Below are positions 1 to 13,197 of a stretch of 64,000 nucleotides of DNA, one piece after another. The position numbers were made by a program, and so were the translations under genes. Every line of letters begins with the position of its first letter. Within the stretch, counting starts at the first letter, position 1. The DNA is from Eledone cirrhosa (lineage: Eukaryota). The notes below the pieces were generated by a model. It saw only the letters and a list, made by a program, of their open reading frames with translations, did not search any database and was not told the DNA's origin. The DNA is taken from positions 94,612,001 to 94,676,000 of the forward strand of contig OZ024743.1 of NCBI GenBank assembly GCA_964016885.1, written 5' to 3'.

Positions 1-38
1 GATGTTCGATATAACCCATACGTACATATGTATATGTA

Positions 39-104
<66 letters not shown>

Positions 105-122
105 TACACACATATGTATACG

Positions 123-1072
123 AGACATGAAAAATGCGCAAGCTCAAAAGTGCCACAGAATGTTATAATAAACCTTCAAAAGTGTGGGACTAGAGTTGTT
201 GCTAAAAAATATTGTAATCATTATATATCGTACATTCTGTGGCATCCTTTATAAAAATAGCTTAAACCAACGAAGCCTTTATTTTTACGCTATTTCACTT
301 AGTTAATTCTTAGAGTGTAACATATAAAATATGATTTACAACTATAAAATAAATTAATTAATATAATAACAGAGCTGCGGAGCTGAAATTTAGGAAATAA
401 TGGAGTATCGGATCCTGAGTTGGAGCCAGTCAATTTTTGGCCGACTCCGCAGCCCTGTATAATACATTTCATATTAAAGTTATTAATAAACCTATTTTAC
501 ACTGCATGCAAATTACCATGAGATATTGATATTAGATATAAGATACAGCGCAATATCTACAGCTGTAAAAGTACGAAAGCGAAGTAATAATAAGTGGCTT
601 AAGGTAATTCCAATATGAAAGTTTGTAGTGATAAAAATTTGATAATGCAATACGATTGTTAATATTATAGTTCTATGAAAATGTAACAATAGATAACTAA
701 ATTATTTTACTATTAGTATATTTAAGAAATTATCATTATAGATTTGATCGTTCATATAAGCATCATATTAATTTTCAACACAATTATTTTGTTACTATGA
801 GTATATGATAATAATATTACGTAATTATTTATAGCTGTTATTACATTAAACATAGATGTATTTATTTTTATATGTTACACTCTAAGAATTAGCTAAGTGA
901 AATAGCTTAAAAATAAAGGCTTCGTTGGTTTAAGCTATTTTTATAAAGGATGCCACAGAATGTACGATATATAATGATTACAATATTTTTTAGCAACAAC
1001 TCTAGTCCCACACTTTTGAAGGTTTATTATAACATTCTGTGGCACTTTTGAGCTTGCGCATTTTTCATGTCT
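123..1072. repeat. Long inverted repeat (arms ~123-330 and ~865-1072)
   Basis: agacatgaaaaatgcgcaagctc...gtgtaacatataaaa is matched almost exactly by its reverse complement at 865-1072. Confidence 0.9.
370..457. mobile_element. hAT-type MITE
   Basis: TIRs cagagctgcggag / ctccgcagccctg; near-perfect 8-bp TSD tataataa (362-369) / tataatac (458-465). Confidence 0.65.
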
Positions 1073-1626
1073 AGTTTAATATTTTTTTAAGGCAACGCTT
1101 GTAATAACTCTAGTTAAACAGGATATATATTAATAATAAATTATTGTTGTAATGTAATTAGATTATGTAATTGTTATTATAAATTATCTTATAAATATTA
1201 GTGTAAGATGTATAAAAATATTTTCAGACTTTTAATATAAACAACTACAAAAAACAATCAATATTAAATCAATATATTATACATAATAGAAAACATAAAA
1301 TAACAATACAAAAACAAAATATTTACATACAATTGCAATTATCAGTGTATATACATTTTCTTTATATTCCCTGAGCAAATTAATAAGATTTGTTTTTATT
1401 GTACATAATTTGATGACTTGTTGGAGTGTATTAAAAGATAGCAACAATTTGTGATTAAATTGTTATCTTAAGCAACTCACTTTTTAATAGTTGTTGGCTG
1501 AGCGAAATTGTAAAAGCCTATGAGCAAATATAAAAAAAAATACACAAACCACATTTCCTTGTGTTATTACAACATTAGATAAAATAATTGAGCAATGTCG
1601 TTATATTTTGCTCTTATTGCACATTA

Positions 1627-1795
1627 ATAGTGTTTCTATTTTTCGGCACAAATCCATTACGGCAGTCCATTACTGGTACTTTATTTTATCGAATTAGTAA
1701 GTATGAAAGTCGAAGTTAATCTCGGCAGGATTTGAACTTAGAATGCAAAGGACCATAACAATACTGCAAAGCATGGTGTCTGACGCTCTACCAAT
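1627..1795 (-). mobile_element. tRNA-derived SINE copy
   Basis: Diverged copy of the window's SINE (ggtactttattttatcga...ggatttgaact). Confidence 0.7.
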
Positions 1796-2269
1796 ACTTG
1801 TGTTGAGCTGGTCATTAATTTATGGTGGTCGTGCGTGGAGTAGAGCAATCGTTAGTTGAAATATTATGAACAAAACATTTTTATTTGCCGAAGAACATAT
1901 TTTCAATACTGTTTGTGAATGTGACGAAGGAAATACATTCTGATATGGAACAGTGTACAAAGTGTGTCTGTGAATAACATAATGTTACCTCATGTTGTTG
2001 TCAAGACATAATGGATTTCGTATATCCAGTTAGAAGATGAAACCTAGCCATCTCGGATTAGTTATATTTCATGCCATGTGTAAACGTGTTTGAGGATAGC
2101 AAAACATGCGTGTTTCTTGTCTGGAAACTTTCTGCTCAACTGATTGGTTTCGTTTTTGGCACTATACAATACTCATCCAACAGATAGCTGTATTGGATCC
2201 TTGATTGGTTAATATTTAGGTGAGGGTGCTTGATGCAGAGTTAGTGCAAAATGGATCAATGAGTGTAAT

Positions 2270-2918
2270 AATAATAATGATAATAATAATGAAAATATTG
2301 TGTACAATGCTGAGGTGCACTACAACTCATCAAAAGTGCATATATAATACATAGGGTAATATAAAAACGTCAGGAAAAAAGAACAGTGCATGAGTCATGA
2401 TATACACATATGTGCATGTGTATGGAAGGGGGACATCAGGTGTAGTTTTGGTGTATTTCGGAATGTATGATGGTTTTAAAGGATGCAGTGTGTCATCAGC
2501 TAACAACTGATGCAGGAAGTTTGTTCCATCCTTCAGCAACTCTGAGCATGAAGAAATATTTCCTAAAGTCATGGGAGCTGTGTTGTTTTCTGACTTTGTA
2601 GGCATGTCCACGTGTTAGACACATGGAGATCAAAAAGGTGTTCGGGGTTGTTGTTGGTCGGATGGTTAATAACTTTGTGGGTGTTTACCAAGTCCATTGC
2701 CAGAGGGAAGCAAAATATTCAGGGTATGGTAGGTGTCTGATGGAGGGTATGCGCTTGGTTGCATGTCTCTGAACAGTTTCCAGGAGGTCAATGTTCTGAG
2801 CAAGATAGGGGTTCCAGACTGATGACGCGAACTCCAAGTGTATTCGTACCATAGATGTATACAGCTTTAAATAGATGGCTGGAGAGCAGCTAATGAAGGT
2901 CTTGCTGATTGATGCCAA
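2270..2918 (-). mobile_element. CR1/L2-type LINE 3' fragment
   Basis: LYTSMVRIHLEFASSVWNPY...IDLLETVQRHATKRIP is a typical CR1 RT C-terminus; followed by a 3' UTR and (ATT)n-type tail. Confidence 0.75.
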
Positions 2919-3130
2919 GTCAATCTTAATAAATTGACTGATTTATCTGTTCACTACTGCTAATCCACCGCTGTTTGTACAATTTTTTAGATAATGTCAA
3001 TTTGAGCTTGAGTCATTGGCGTAATGAAATTTGAAAAGATTATAAGCAAATCTTTTTTAAAATACACAGATAACATTTAACTGTATGGTTGCAACATTAG
3101 ATCTAATAATGGAGCAACATTTGTGCAGAA

Positions 3131-3595
3131 TTATTGTTTGTGCAATAAGATATTTGCAGATCTGTACTTGGTCTGCTCTTTAGCCAACTCGGTACGTTTA
3201 GAAGCTCTACGCTCGGCTTGCTTTTGAGATATAATAGCTGAATTTGCAGATCTATACTTGGCCTGCTTGTTTGCCAACACATACCGTTTTGAACATCTAT
3301 ACTTGGCCTGTTTTTGTGTTAATTTAGCAAAATTCACAGCTCTATAATCGGCCTGTTTTTGTCTCAACTTCTCCCGATTCCGCATCCGGTAAGCTGCTTT
3401 CACATCCAATTTAATACGCCCATCTAGATTATTAGCACAGGAATGTGAACAAGCTTGTGGGACCGCATCATTGTAAGTATATGAACTGCCTGCAACATCA
3501 AGACCCAATTCACAAGTACAGCGTTGCTCATTCACATCGGCAGTGGGGACACCAAAATCAGTGACAGGTCTCGATTCACTCGCGAGATACATCAC
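3131..3595 (-). other. ORF with five ~15-aa basic repeats (KQAxYRxxN), probably TE-derived
   Basis: 45-nt periodicity; no recognisable catalytic domain. Confidence 0.35.
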
Positions 3596-3623
3596 AGCTA
3601 CACTATATATTTAAACATATATA

Positions 3624-3683
3624 CAGTGATACCTCGCTACTTGGCGGTTCAACTATCGCGGATTCACGATTTCGCGCATTTTT
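3624..3683. mobile_element. Single pogo/Tigger-like TIR end
   Basis: TA-cagtgatacctcgctactt...atcgcggattcacgatttcgcg; no partner end found. Confidence 0.4.
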
Positions 3684-3811
3684 AGAATATATATATGAAC
3701 ACCTAAAATTTTTCATTAAATCCATTAAAATATTAATAATAAACACAGTTCTAATCATACGCTATATATATATATATATATAAATATAAGTAATTAATAC
3801 CGTATAAATGG

Positions 3812-4151
3812 TACAAAGACTGTTTATGTAAAATGTATTTCTCAACAGAGTATTGAATACTTAGGAGAAATTCAAAACGAAGAGTGATAAAATTTCAAGC
3901 AAAGAGTTTAATTAGGTAATGACTTACAAATTTGTTTCAGTATATAGACAAAGCCTGAAGCGCTAATTATAATAATTAGTTAATAATATTACAAAATATA
4001 TTAATATTATATTAAATATATACTGAAACAAATTTGTAAGTCATTACCTAATTAAACTCTTTGCTTGAAATTTTATCACTCTTCGTTTTGAATTTCTCCT
4101 AAGTATTCAATACTCTGTTGAGAAATACATTTTACATAAACAGTCTTTGTA
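3812..4151. repeat. Fold-back inverted repeat (arms 3812-3946 and 4017-4151) between (TA)n tracts
   Basis: ~135-bp essentially perfect inverted repeat containing GAAACAAATTTGTA, the 3' half of a hammerhead. Confidence 0.85.
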
Positions 4152-4166
4152 TCTTTATCATTCTTC

Positions 4167-4265
<99 letters not shown>

Positions 4266-5299
4266 TTTATCTAGTCCTTCGCTCAAGATTAATCTATAAG
4301 TTTAGATGTCTGCCTTCGTTTAAGTAAATATTACAGTAAGATTTTTAATATAAACAACTACAAAAAACAATTAATATTAAAACGAAAAAATTATCAATGA
4401 TAAAAGAAGCGGATGCAACTTTTTTTTTTATAAAGTTATATTCCTGTTTCTTTAAAGAACATTTCATTTTTGTTCTATTGTAGGCGAAATAATGCAATGG
4501 TTTAATAGGGAAGATATAACTTACCAATTATGTCTCTAACCGTGTAACGCTTTTTAAGTAGATAACTACAATTGAAAATACTAAAGAAATGGAACCAACA
4601 ATTCAATTTGAAAGTCGTCTACTTATAGTGACAGTGTATTACTGGTACTTTATTTTATCGACCCCGTAACGATGAAAGGCAAAAATGCAAATGCTTAAAA
4701 TTTAAATTGCCTTAATTCTATCGTCTGCTGTTTCATTAAATGGAGATTCTCGTCTGTATTTAATTCTATCGTCTACTGTTCCACTAAACAGATATACCTC
4801 CACTATCGTCTCTATTTATACATTTTAACTTATAACTTATACACATTTGATTTGAAATATTTTATCTAGTCCCCACCTCTCAATATTATGATGATTTCTT
4901 TCGAATGAAACAGTTCTAGTCCTGTAGAAGCCATTTATATATATAATTGAACTGAGTTAAAAATTCACAATATTTATAATTAAATAAGCTCATATATATA
5001 TGTGTGTATTTATCTGTTTATTGTATTATATATAATGTGTGTATATACAGGATGTCCCCCAAAAATATATACACACTTCAACAGCATTCTAATAACTATT
5101 GCCTGTACAGGTAATCAAAGTGTCAATCGAATGTTAGTTTCGTGTTTTAACAGTACAAATTTACAATACACACATAAAACCAGTGTATATACATACATGA
5201 GTGTGTATACACATACATGAATGTGTATATACAATATATATGTATATATATATAGACACATATATTCACGGTGCAACGGAACATTAAAATATAGATGCG

Positions 5300-5660
5300 G
5301 GAGGGGTGTATATATAGGGGCGCTGGGGATAAAGGAGTGTAAAGCGTAAGTGTGTAATTGATATATTGAAGGAGAGGAGCGTGCAGCGATAGAGTAACAA
5401 ATATATAGAGAGGGGGAGAGATGGTATTGAAGGGGAGGAGTGCAAAGCGAAAGAGTAAGAGATATATATATAGAGACGGAACAGATAGAGAGAAACAGGC
5501 GTAAGTAACAGTGGAAGAGATATATAGAGAGGGGGTAATAAATAATTAATAATATAAGTGTAACAGTATAAGAGATATATAGAGAGGGGGAAATGTGTTA
5601 TTGAAGGGGAGGAGTGTAAAGCGAAAGCGTAAGATATATATAGAGAGAGGGGGAATAGTA
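5300..5660. repeat. Degenerate ~60-nt purine-rich tandem repeat
   Basis: Recurring ttgaaggggaggagtgtaaagcgaaagagtaagagatatatagagaggggg units. Confidence 0.6.
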
Positions 5661-7718
5661 TATATATATATATATATATATATCAACACTTACTCTGATT
5701 GGTTGAAAATTAGCCAATGACATACGATCACCACCACCACGGCTATCCCCGGAAAATTTATGAAGAAGTTAGGCATATATGTTAGAACACGAAAAGTGAA
5801 CATTCTGTTGTTTCACACTTTTCGTGTTCTAACAGATATATATATATATATAATATAATATAAAACGAAAAACCAGTCATGCATCTGGACTCAATTTATT
5901 GTGTGTTACAATTGTTTCACCGGCAGACAACTCGAGACACGATTATTGTATGGATCTGTCTGATTCTAGATCTGCAGGTTCGTCGGACACAGGGAATAAT
6001 TTCGGATCAAATTTTCTCACTGGGGTGTTAGCTTCAAAAAACATCTTCCTCGCTTGTCCTGCTGTTGGCTGTTGTTTTTCTACGTCGTCATAAATTCTGG
6101 CTAATATTTGCTGCCATACTGTCCATCAGCTACTCTCCGTCCGACACACTTCAATGAACTCATGCTGGGTTTGGTATTTCACAAGTCCGCTCACACACAC
6201 ATATACACACACACATGGTGGCTGCCAACTCGTTTTCGAGTATGGCCACTACTTTATATCCATGTAGGAGAACTCCTAGTGATGCGCTGAACGAGTGTGA
6301 CTTTTTAGTCCAGCCAGCGACTTGAAAACTCTGGTACAAACACTACACTTGTGACAATTACTGACACATAGTGCTGGGCCCATGGTACCATGTGACGACA
6401 AGTGCAGAGAGATCTCCAGATATAAAGCAATGCCTGTGCCGTGAAGCTTTTATAGTGAGCAAAGGCACTGCACAAAGCCAGTCCCACTCTCTTAACCAAG
6501 ATGATATTTACCAAAAAGAAGAACAAGTCAACATCATTGGATACCATCAGGGTTGCAGGTGTTATATCAGAGTTTTCCTTCTCCTAGAATTCTGCCTTGA
6601 CAAAGGCTAAGGAGTCATCTCTCCCGGTGATTTTGGATGGCCATTGACTCTTAAGAGCTCCTTTGCCCTTTGACAGGTTTTGTTTTTAGTCCTGCAGGAT
6701 GTCCAAAGTCACCCTCCTCACCAAGAAACCTTGGTAGGGTTGCCAGTTTAGTCGCCAACAACCCGACCATGAGACATATACACACACATACACACATAGA
6801 TATATACATACGCATACACACACGCGCGCACACATACATATATACACACATACATATATATACACACATACGTATATATACACACCTATATACACATACA
6901 CACATACTCACACACACCCACACACGCCCACGACCATATAACTAACAACATACTCGTCCAGAAGCGCCTGCCTACATGCCCTCGTACATCCGCTCTCACA
7001 CGCACGCACACACACACACACAAACACGTACACGCATACAAGGACACACATGCGTACGCGTACATCTACTCATATACACAAACACGTACAGACATATACA
7101 TAGACACGCACACGCCTGACCGTATAGAGAGGCACAAAGACAGACACGCTCCCAAACACACATACTCACATACACACACACACACACAGGCACACACATA
7201 CACACTGGCTCATATACATTCAAACAAATACGCGCCCAATTACCTCCGTGCCGACGTACACCTACAAAGATACATACACGCACATATATATCTGTCCGTA
7301 CTCAAATGTGATATACTCACAGTCATATAAATCTGCACAAAAGGTCATGCAAGGTCATCCATGGAAGGATGCATTCTGTTATACATGCACAAATATAAAC
7401 AATGTACCCAAATACATACATCCAAACACACACATGCATGCATACATACACACATATAAATAAATAAATAAGTAAATACCGCCTATGGAAGCATCATAGC
7501 TACCATTAAATACGCACACACACACACATATATATATATAAATTCTATTTAATTGCTAAACCTGTAGATATTGTTCTCTATACAGTAACGGTAAACTCAC
7601 TTGTAATAATTCTTTACACACATCTCACTGTGTAACACACTTCTCTTTGTGTAATATTTGCATTTGAGCTCAGAAGGAAATTCTCTTCTTCTTTGAGCTA
7701 CTACTATTATTATTATTA

Positions 7719-7902
7719 TGGTGGATTGGCAGTATCAGTAGAGGGTCGGACGCCATGCTTTCCAGCATAGTTACGTCCCTTTACGATCTGAGTTCAAATC
7801 CCGCCGAGGTTGACTTTGCCTTTCATCCTTACGGGGTCGATAAAATAAAGTACCAGTAATGCACTGGGTAATTGCTGGCCTTGTGCCTAAAGTAGAAACA
7901 AT
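7719..7902 (+). mobile_element. tRNA-derived SINE
   Basis: A box tggcagtatcag, B box gagttcaaatccc, core gcctttcatccttacggggtcgataaaataaagtacc, (ATT)n tail. Confidence 0.85.
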
Positions 7903-8141
7903 TATTATTATTATTACAGTGAACTGCGGAATACTCTTAATTCCGATCTTTGTATACTTAACGAGCTCCAAATTGTTGAGCTAATAAATTCGAATGGTTG
8001 GGCAGCCCTTTCTAGCATTTCCCCAATCCATGAGAGCCGTTATTTGATGCAAATAACACGTCATTTCGCCCTACTCTGGGCAGCGTGTGTATTAGCTTTC
8101 TCTCTATCCATGAGGTTAGATGTGTCGCGAACAGTGTTACA

Positions 8142-8219
8142 TTTGCTGACTGAGGATCCTGTAACCTGATATACTACACATAATTAGAGGTGAAACGAAG
8201 CGAGATTCGTATCAGTAAA
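8142..8219 (+). ncRNA. Type I hammerhead ribozyme
   Basis: tttgctga-CTGAGGA-t cct..agg t-GAAA-cgaa(gcgaga)ttcg-TA-tcagtaaa; stems I and III pair; predicted GUA cleavage after 8211. Confidence 0.8.
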
Positions 8220-8496
8220 CCTATAGTTATAAGGTTGGTAATTTAAAACTCTAATTCAGAGATCTGATTCTGACTTAGTTTTTTTCTATTTAATTGCTAA
8301 ACCTGTAGATATTGTTCTCTATACAGTAACGGTAAACTCACTTGTAATAATTCTTTACACACATCTCACTGTGTAACACACTTCTCTTTGTGTAATATTT
8401 GCATTTGAGCTCAGAAGGAAATTCTCTTCTTCTTTGAGCTACTACTATTATTATTATTATTACAGTGAACTGCGGAATACTCTTAATTCCGATATT

Positions 8497-9481
<985 letters not shown>

Positions 9482-9629
9482 CGTTGACAAATATATCAAT
9501 ATGCCCAGACATGCAGATATATTGCCCTTGGTATGACAGTGTGGTTTTAGCTCCATGTAGGATAACTAGTATACTACAGAGCCGTTATAGTTATAGGAAT
9601 AACCAAAGAGTACTTAGAAATACATTGCT

Positions 9630-9686
9630 TTATTAGCTAACAATGTTTCATCCATACACCATGGCAGGAATCATCAGAGCCTATAA
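9630..9686 (-). ncRNA. Minimal hammerhead ribozyme (left inverted pLTR)
   Basis: Minus strand: ttataggct-CTGATGA-t tcc..gga t-GAAAC att GTT-agctaataa. Confidence 0.7.
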
Positions 9687-10006
9687 ACATGAGTATATCA
9701 GTAGATGCATGCTCCATCGAGCTGCGTCACCAGAACAAGGTAAAAGGACCAGAAGGGGGGGGTCCCAAGGCCAGCGCTATATGGAAAAAGGCAGAATACA
9801 TGATGCACCTAATGTAATAAAATGTCTTAAAGATTTAAAAATAAAAAATAAAAAATGACACCAAAAATGTATCACTTAAATGGTGCAATAGATGATAAAG
9901 AGGTTGGGAGAGGGTAGCAAGGGAAGAGTGAAAATAATAAAAAATAATAATAAAAAAGTAGCCTTACATGTATGATAGTCCATATGAGGGATGGTGTACT
10001 CCAATC

Positions 10007-10368
10007 ATCATCATCACTCGTCGACTACTGTCGAGATGATGGAACTCACTCTCATGCCCCAGAATTCCCTGTCCCCCATCGCTGCCCCTAGGTGCTGTCT
10101 ACTGATTCGCGTATCCCTAGAGATAACGTCAGGGAATGACAGCTTCCTACTCCTAGTCAGGCTGGAATCAGGGTTCCAGAGCAAGAGAGCGGATATGATT
10201 TCATTGCTGGCACGGTGACAGTGGCCAGCAAATTGAGCTCTCCGGGATTTTAGAAGGGCAGAGGCTCGAGGGAGTTTGCCATAGATTTTAGACAAGGTGG
10301 GATGTCGTTTCCAGGATAGGTTTTGCACTCTCATTAAGAGGCGGGTATATGTGCCATCCAATCTCCTC
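10007..10368 (-). mobile_element. 5'-truncated RTE-type LINE inserted into the left pLTR
   Basis: RRLDGTYTRLLMRVQNLSW...RRAQFAGHCHR; (TGA)n tail; caatcat on both sides; absent from the right arm. Confidence 0.8.
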
Positions 10369-10598
10369 TCAATCATAACACCTTGTAACAGGTCGATTCT
10401 CCTTATCATATCCGCGCCCTACTAACCACGTGGATATGTTTCAGTTCCGAACGTTAAGTGAGATAACACTATTTTTCCAAAACCTATACCCAGGGGATTT
10501 ATCACCATAGGCGGTCTGGGATATACACCACTGTGCGCATATATGTATTAGTAGATCTATGCAACTATAGTCGCATACTGGTGTATAAACTTGACAGT

Positions 10599-13197
10599 AT
10601 GCTAACCAAAGACCATCTACCTCTGTCACTCAAGAACATTCCCATCCCATCTAGGAATACCTACGAAAGGTTTCTCATTGCTAGCGTAAACTCTTTTGTT
10701 AAAAGATTAAGGTGGCGTGCTTTCCACTACGATAGGAACCGGGTTAACCCTCAGCAAACGACCCGAGTAAATAGGTATGGATTCAAGACATACAAGAGCC
10801 CACCGCTCAATAGTGGTCTGGATGGCTTTGAAAGCGACCTTCTAAACCTTGTGAAGGGTATTAGATATAGGACTAAAAGCCACAGCAAGAACCCTTTCCG
10901 TAAAGATCTTAGCTCTATTATTAAGGGCTTCGAGGAAAATGCTAACATTCTCGTCCCCTCAGATAAAACAAAACATTTATATAACTTGGACTACAAGACT
11001 TACAGAAACTTCAAATACTGGGAACTCCACAGAAATTATAGGAAAACTACCTATGGAAACCTAGACGAGATAAATAAGAAAGGGCTAGAAATCGTTAAGA
11101 CGCTGAACCTGGAAAAGTACACCCAACCTTTCACCCCTAAGCAACGCAGATTCACACTGAAGGATCACAAAGAGGACTTCCTTAGTAGCCCCTCAATTAG
11201 GCTCATTAGCCCCTCTAAGTCTGACTTAGGGATAATAAGTAAGAAAATCTTAGACGCCGTCATCCCTGTTATACGAAGTAAAATTTACCTTGACCTATGG
11301 GGGAATACTGAGGAGGTCATTAAATGGTTCTCAAGCATTAATAACCATAAGTCCCTGAAGTTCATCCAATTCGATATCAACCCATACTATACCTCGATCT
11401 CTCCCATCCTTCTAAATAAGGCCCTTATATTAGCTATGCAAAATAGTGACCTGACTAGATCCCAAATTGACATCATCATTGCTGCCCGGAGAACTATCAT
11501 CCTCTTCGAAGACCAACTTTGGACCCGGAAGAACACGACGAATAACTTTGATATCACAATGGGGTCCAGCGATTCGGTGCAGGTCACTTGGTTGGACTTT
11601 ACCTCCTCCATGAACTGCATAAAACATTCCCGCATTTCAAAGGCGGGCTATACCGTGACGACGCCCTGTTCACTATTGAATATAAAAAACATAATATAGA
11701 AAGGACGAGAAAAGAACTACATAAATTCTTCAAAAGCTTTAACCTTAGCATAACGATAGACATAAATAATAAAACGGTTAACTTTCTAGACGTAACCCTA
11801 GACTTAGAAAATAAATACTTCTCACCCTATCACAAGCCAGATGAAACACTAACATACGTGAATGCAAATTCCAACCACCCCAGACCCGTCCTAAATGCCA
11901 TAATTAAAGGGCTATCTAACATGATTAGCAGACTATCACATAATGAGCATGCATTTAGGTCTAATGCAAGGTACTATAATAAAGCACTAGCAAAGCCCGG
12001 TTTTAGAGAAAAAATATACTACATACATAATAACGCCACCACCAGGGCCGGACAATATAATGTAATCACACACAATATGGCTTTGCCTAATAGAAGCGGA
12101 CACAAAAATAGGAACTACACGGGTACTGTAGGCGGCTCTGACCAACCCCAAGGGATTCCATTTAACACGCCTCATCGGTATGGTAATAACACTAACACTA
12201 GGATAAGAGCTAGAAAATTGAAGTACAATAGGAAAGACAGGGAAGCCTGTGAACCCCTCCGGGTAAGGTTACCACCCCAGGTTCTCTCTACCACGGAAGA
12301 TGGGTTGTCTATGCCCAGGGCCAACTCTTCCCCTAGTACGAAAAATAAGAAAAATAGACGAAGATCCAATTCCTACTTTAATCCACCTTACAACTCTGAG
12401 ATATCAACCAATATACCAAAGGCATTCTTCTCGATCTTGGAACCCCCCCCCCCGGTAGTAAATACCATAGTATCATCAATAAAGACACAATTAAGCTATC
12501 ATTCTCCACTACTCCAAATCTAGCTCGTCACCTAGCCATAACGAACAACAAAGAAATTAGAAAGGGTTTCGATACCATTGCAGCTGCGGCATACCGACAA
12601 CCACTAGATGGACCTGATGCGGCGTCACCCAGCAATAGTATCCACACTCCCGATGTACGGTTGCCAAATCTGGAACGCATGGAAAACCAAACATCTCCTG
12701 TGCCGCAGACTCACATACACCGAAAATGTAACTGCAGACGAAAGGCGGAGTGCCCCCTAAAGGGACAATGCCTTATAAACAATATTGTCTACACATGTGA
12801 TGTTACAACTCGGACCTCCTCCAAAACATATATAGGGTCTACATCGACCCCCTTTAAGACTGGATACAACTCCCATCGCTATACATTTAGACATGATAGA
12901 CTTAAGAATACTACATCCCTAGCTAGTTACATATCCCTCCTGAAGAACACTGATATTCAATACACGCTTGATTGGAGAATCATCACTAAATCATCGCAGT
13001 ACAGACCCCCTAACAAGACCTGTGACCTTTGTCTCTCTGAATCACACGCCATAATACACTCCAAACTGAACCTGCTAAATAAGCAGTCGGAGATATTCTC
13101 TTCTTGCCCGAACATAAATCTTAGCTCCTTCTATACTTTAGACCAATTAGCTAACGCTGTAGGACCTGCATACCTCCGTCCTGTCTGGCCTACGTAA
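10599..13197 (+). pseudogene. Penelope-like RT-GIY-YIG polyprotein, frameshifted
   Basis: SLKNIP, PSDKT, QFDI..YY.SI, ITMGS, LYRDD, FLDV, CNCRRKAECPLKGQC, IVY...YIGST, CDLC, LLN; breaks near 11587 and 12450-12540. Confidence 0.9.

Noticed and set aside
6190-6780. Possible RTE 5' region or RTE-related SINE
   Set aside because: Only a vague resemblance; no protein motif or boundaries I can support
7719-7810. tRNA genes
   Set aside because: A and B boxes belong to SINE heads; no cloverleaf
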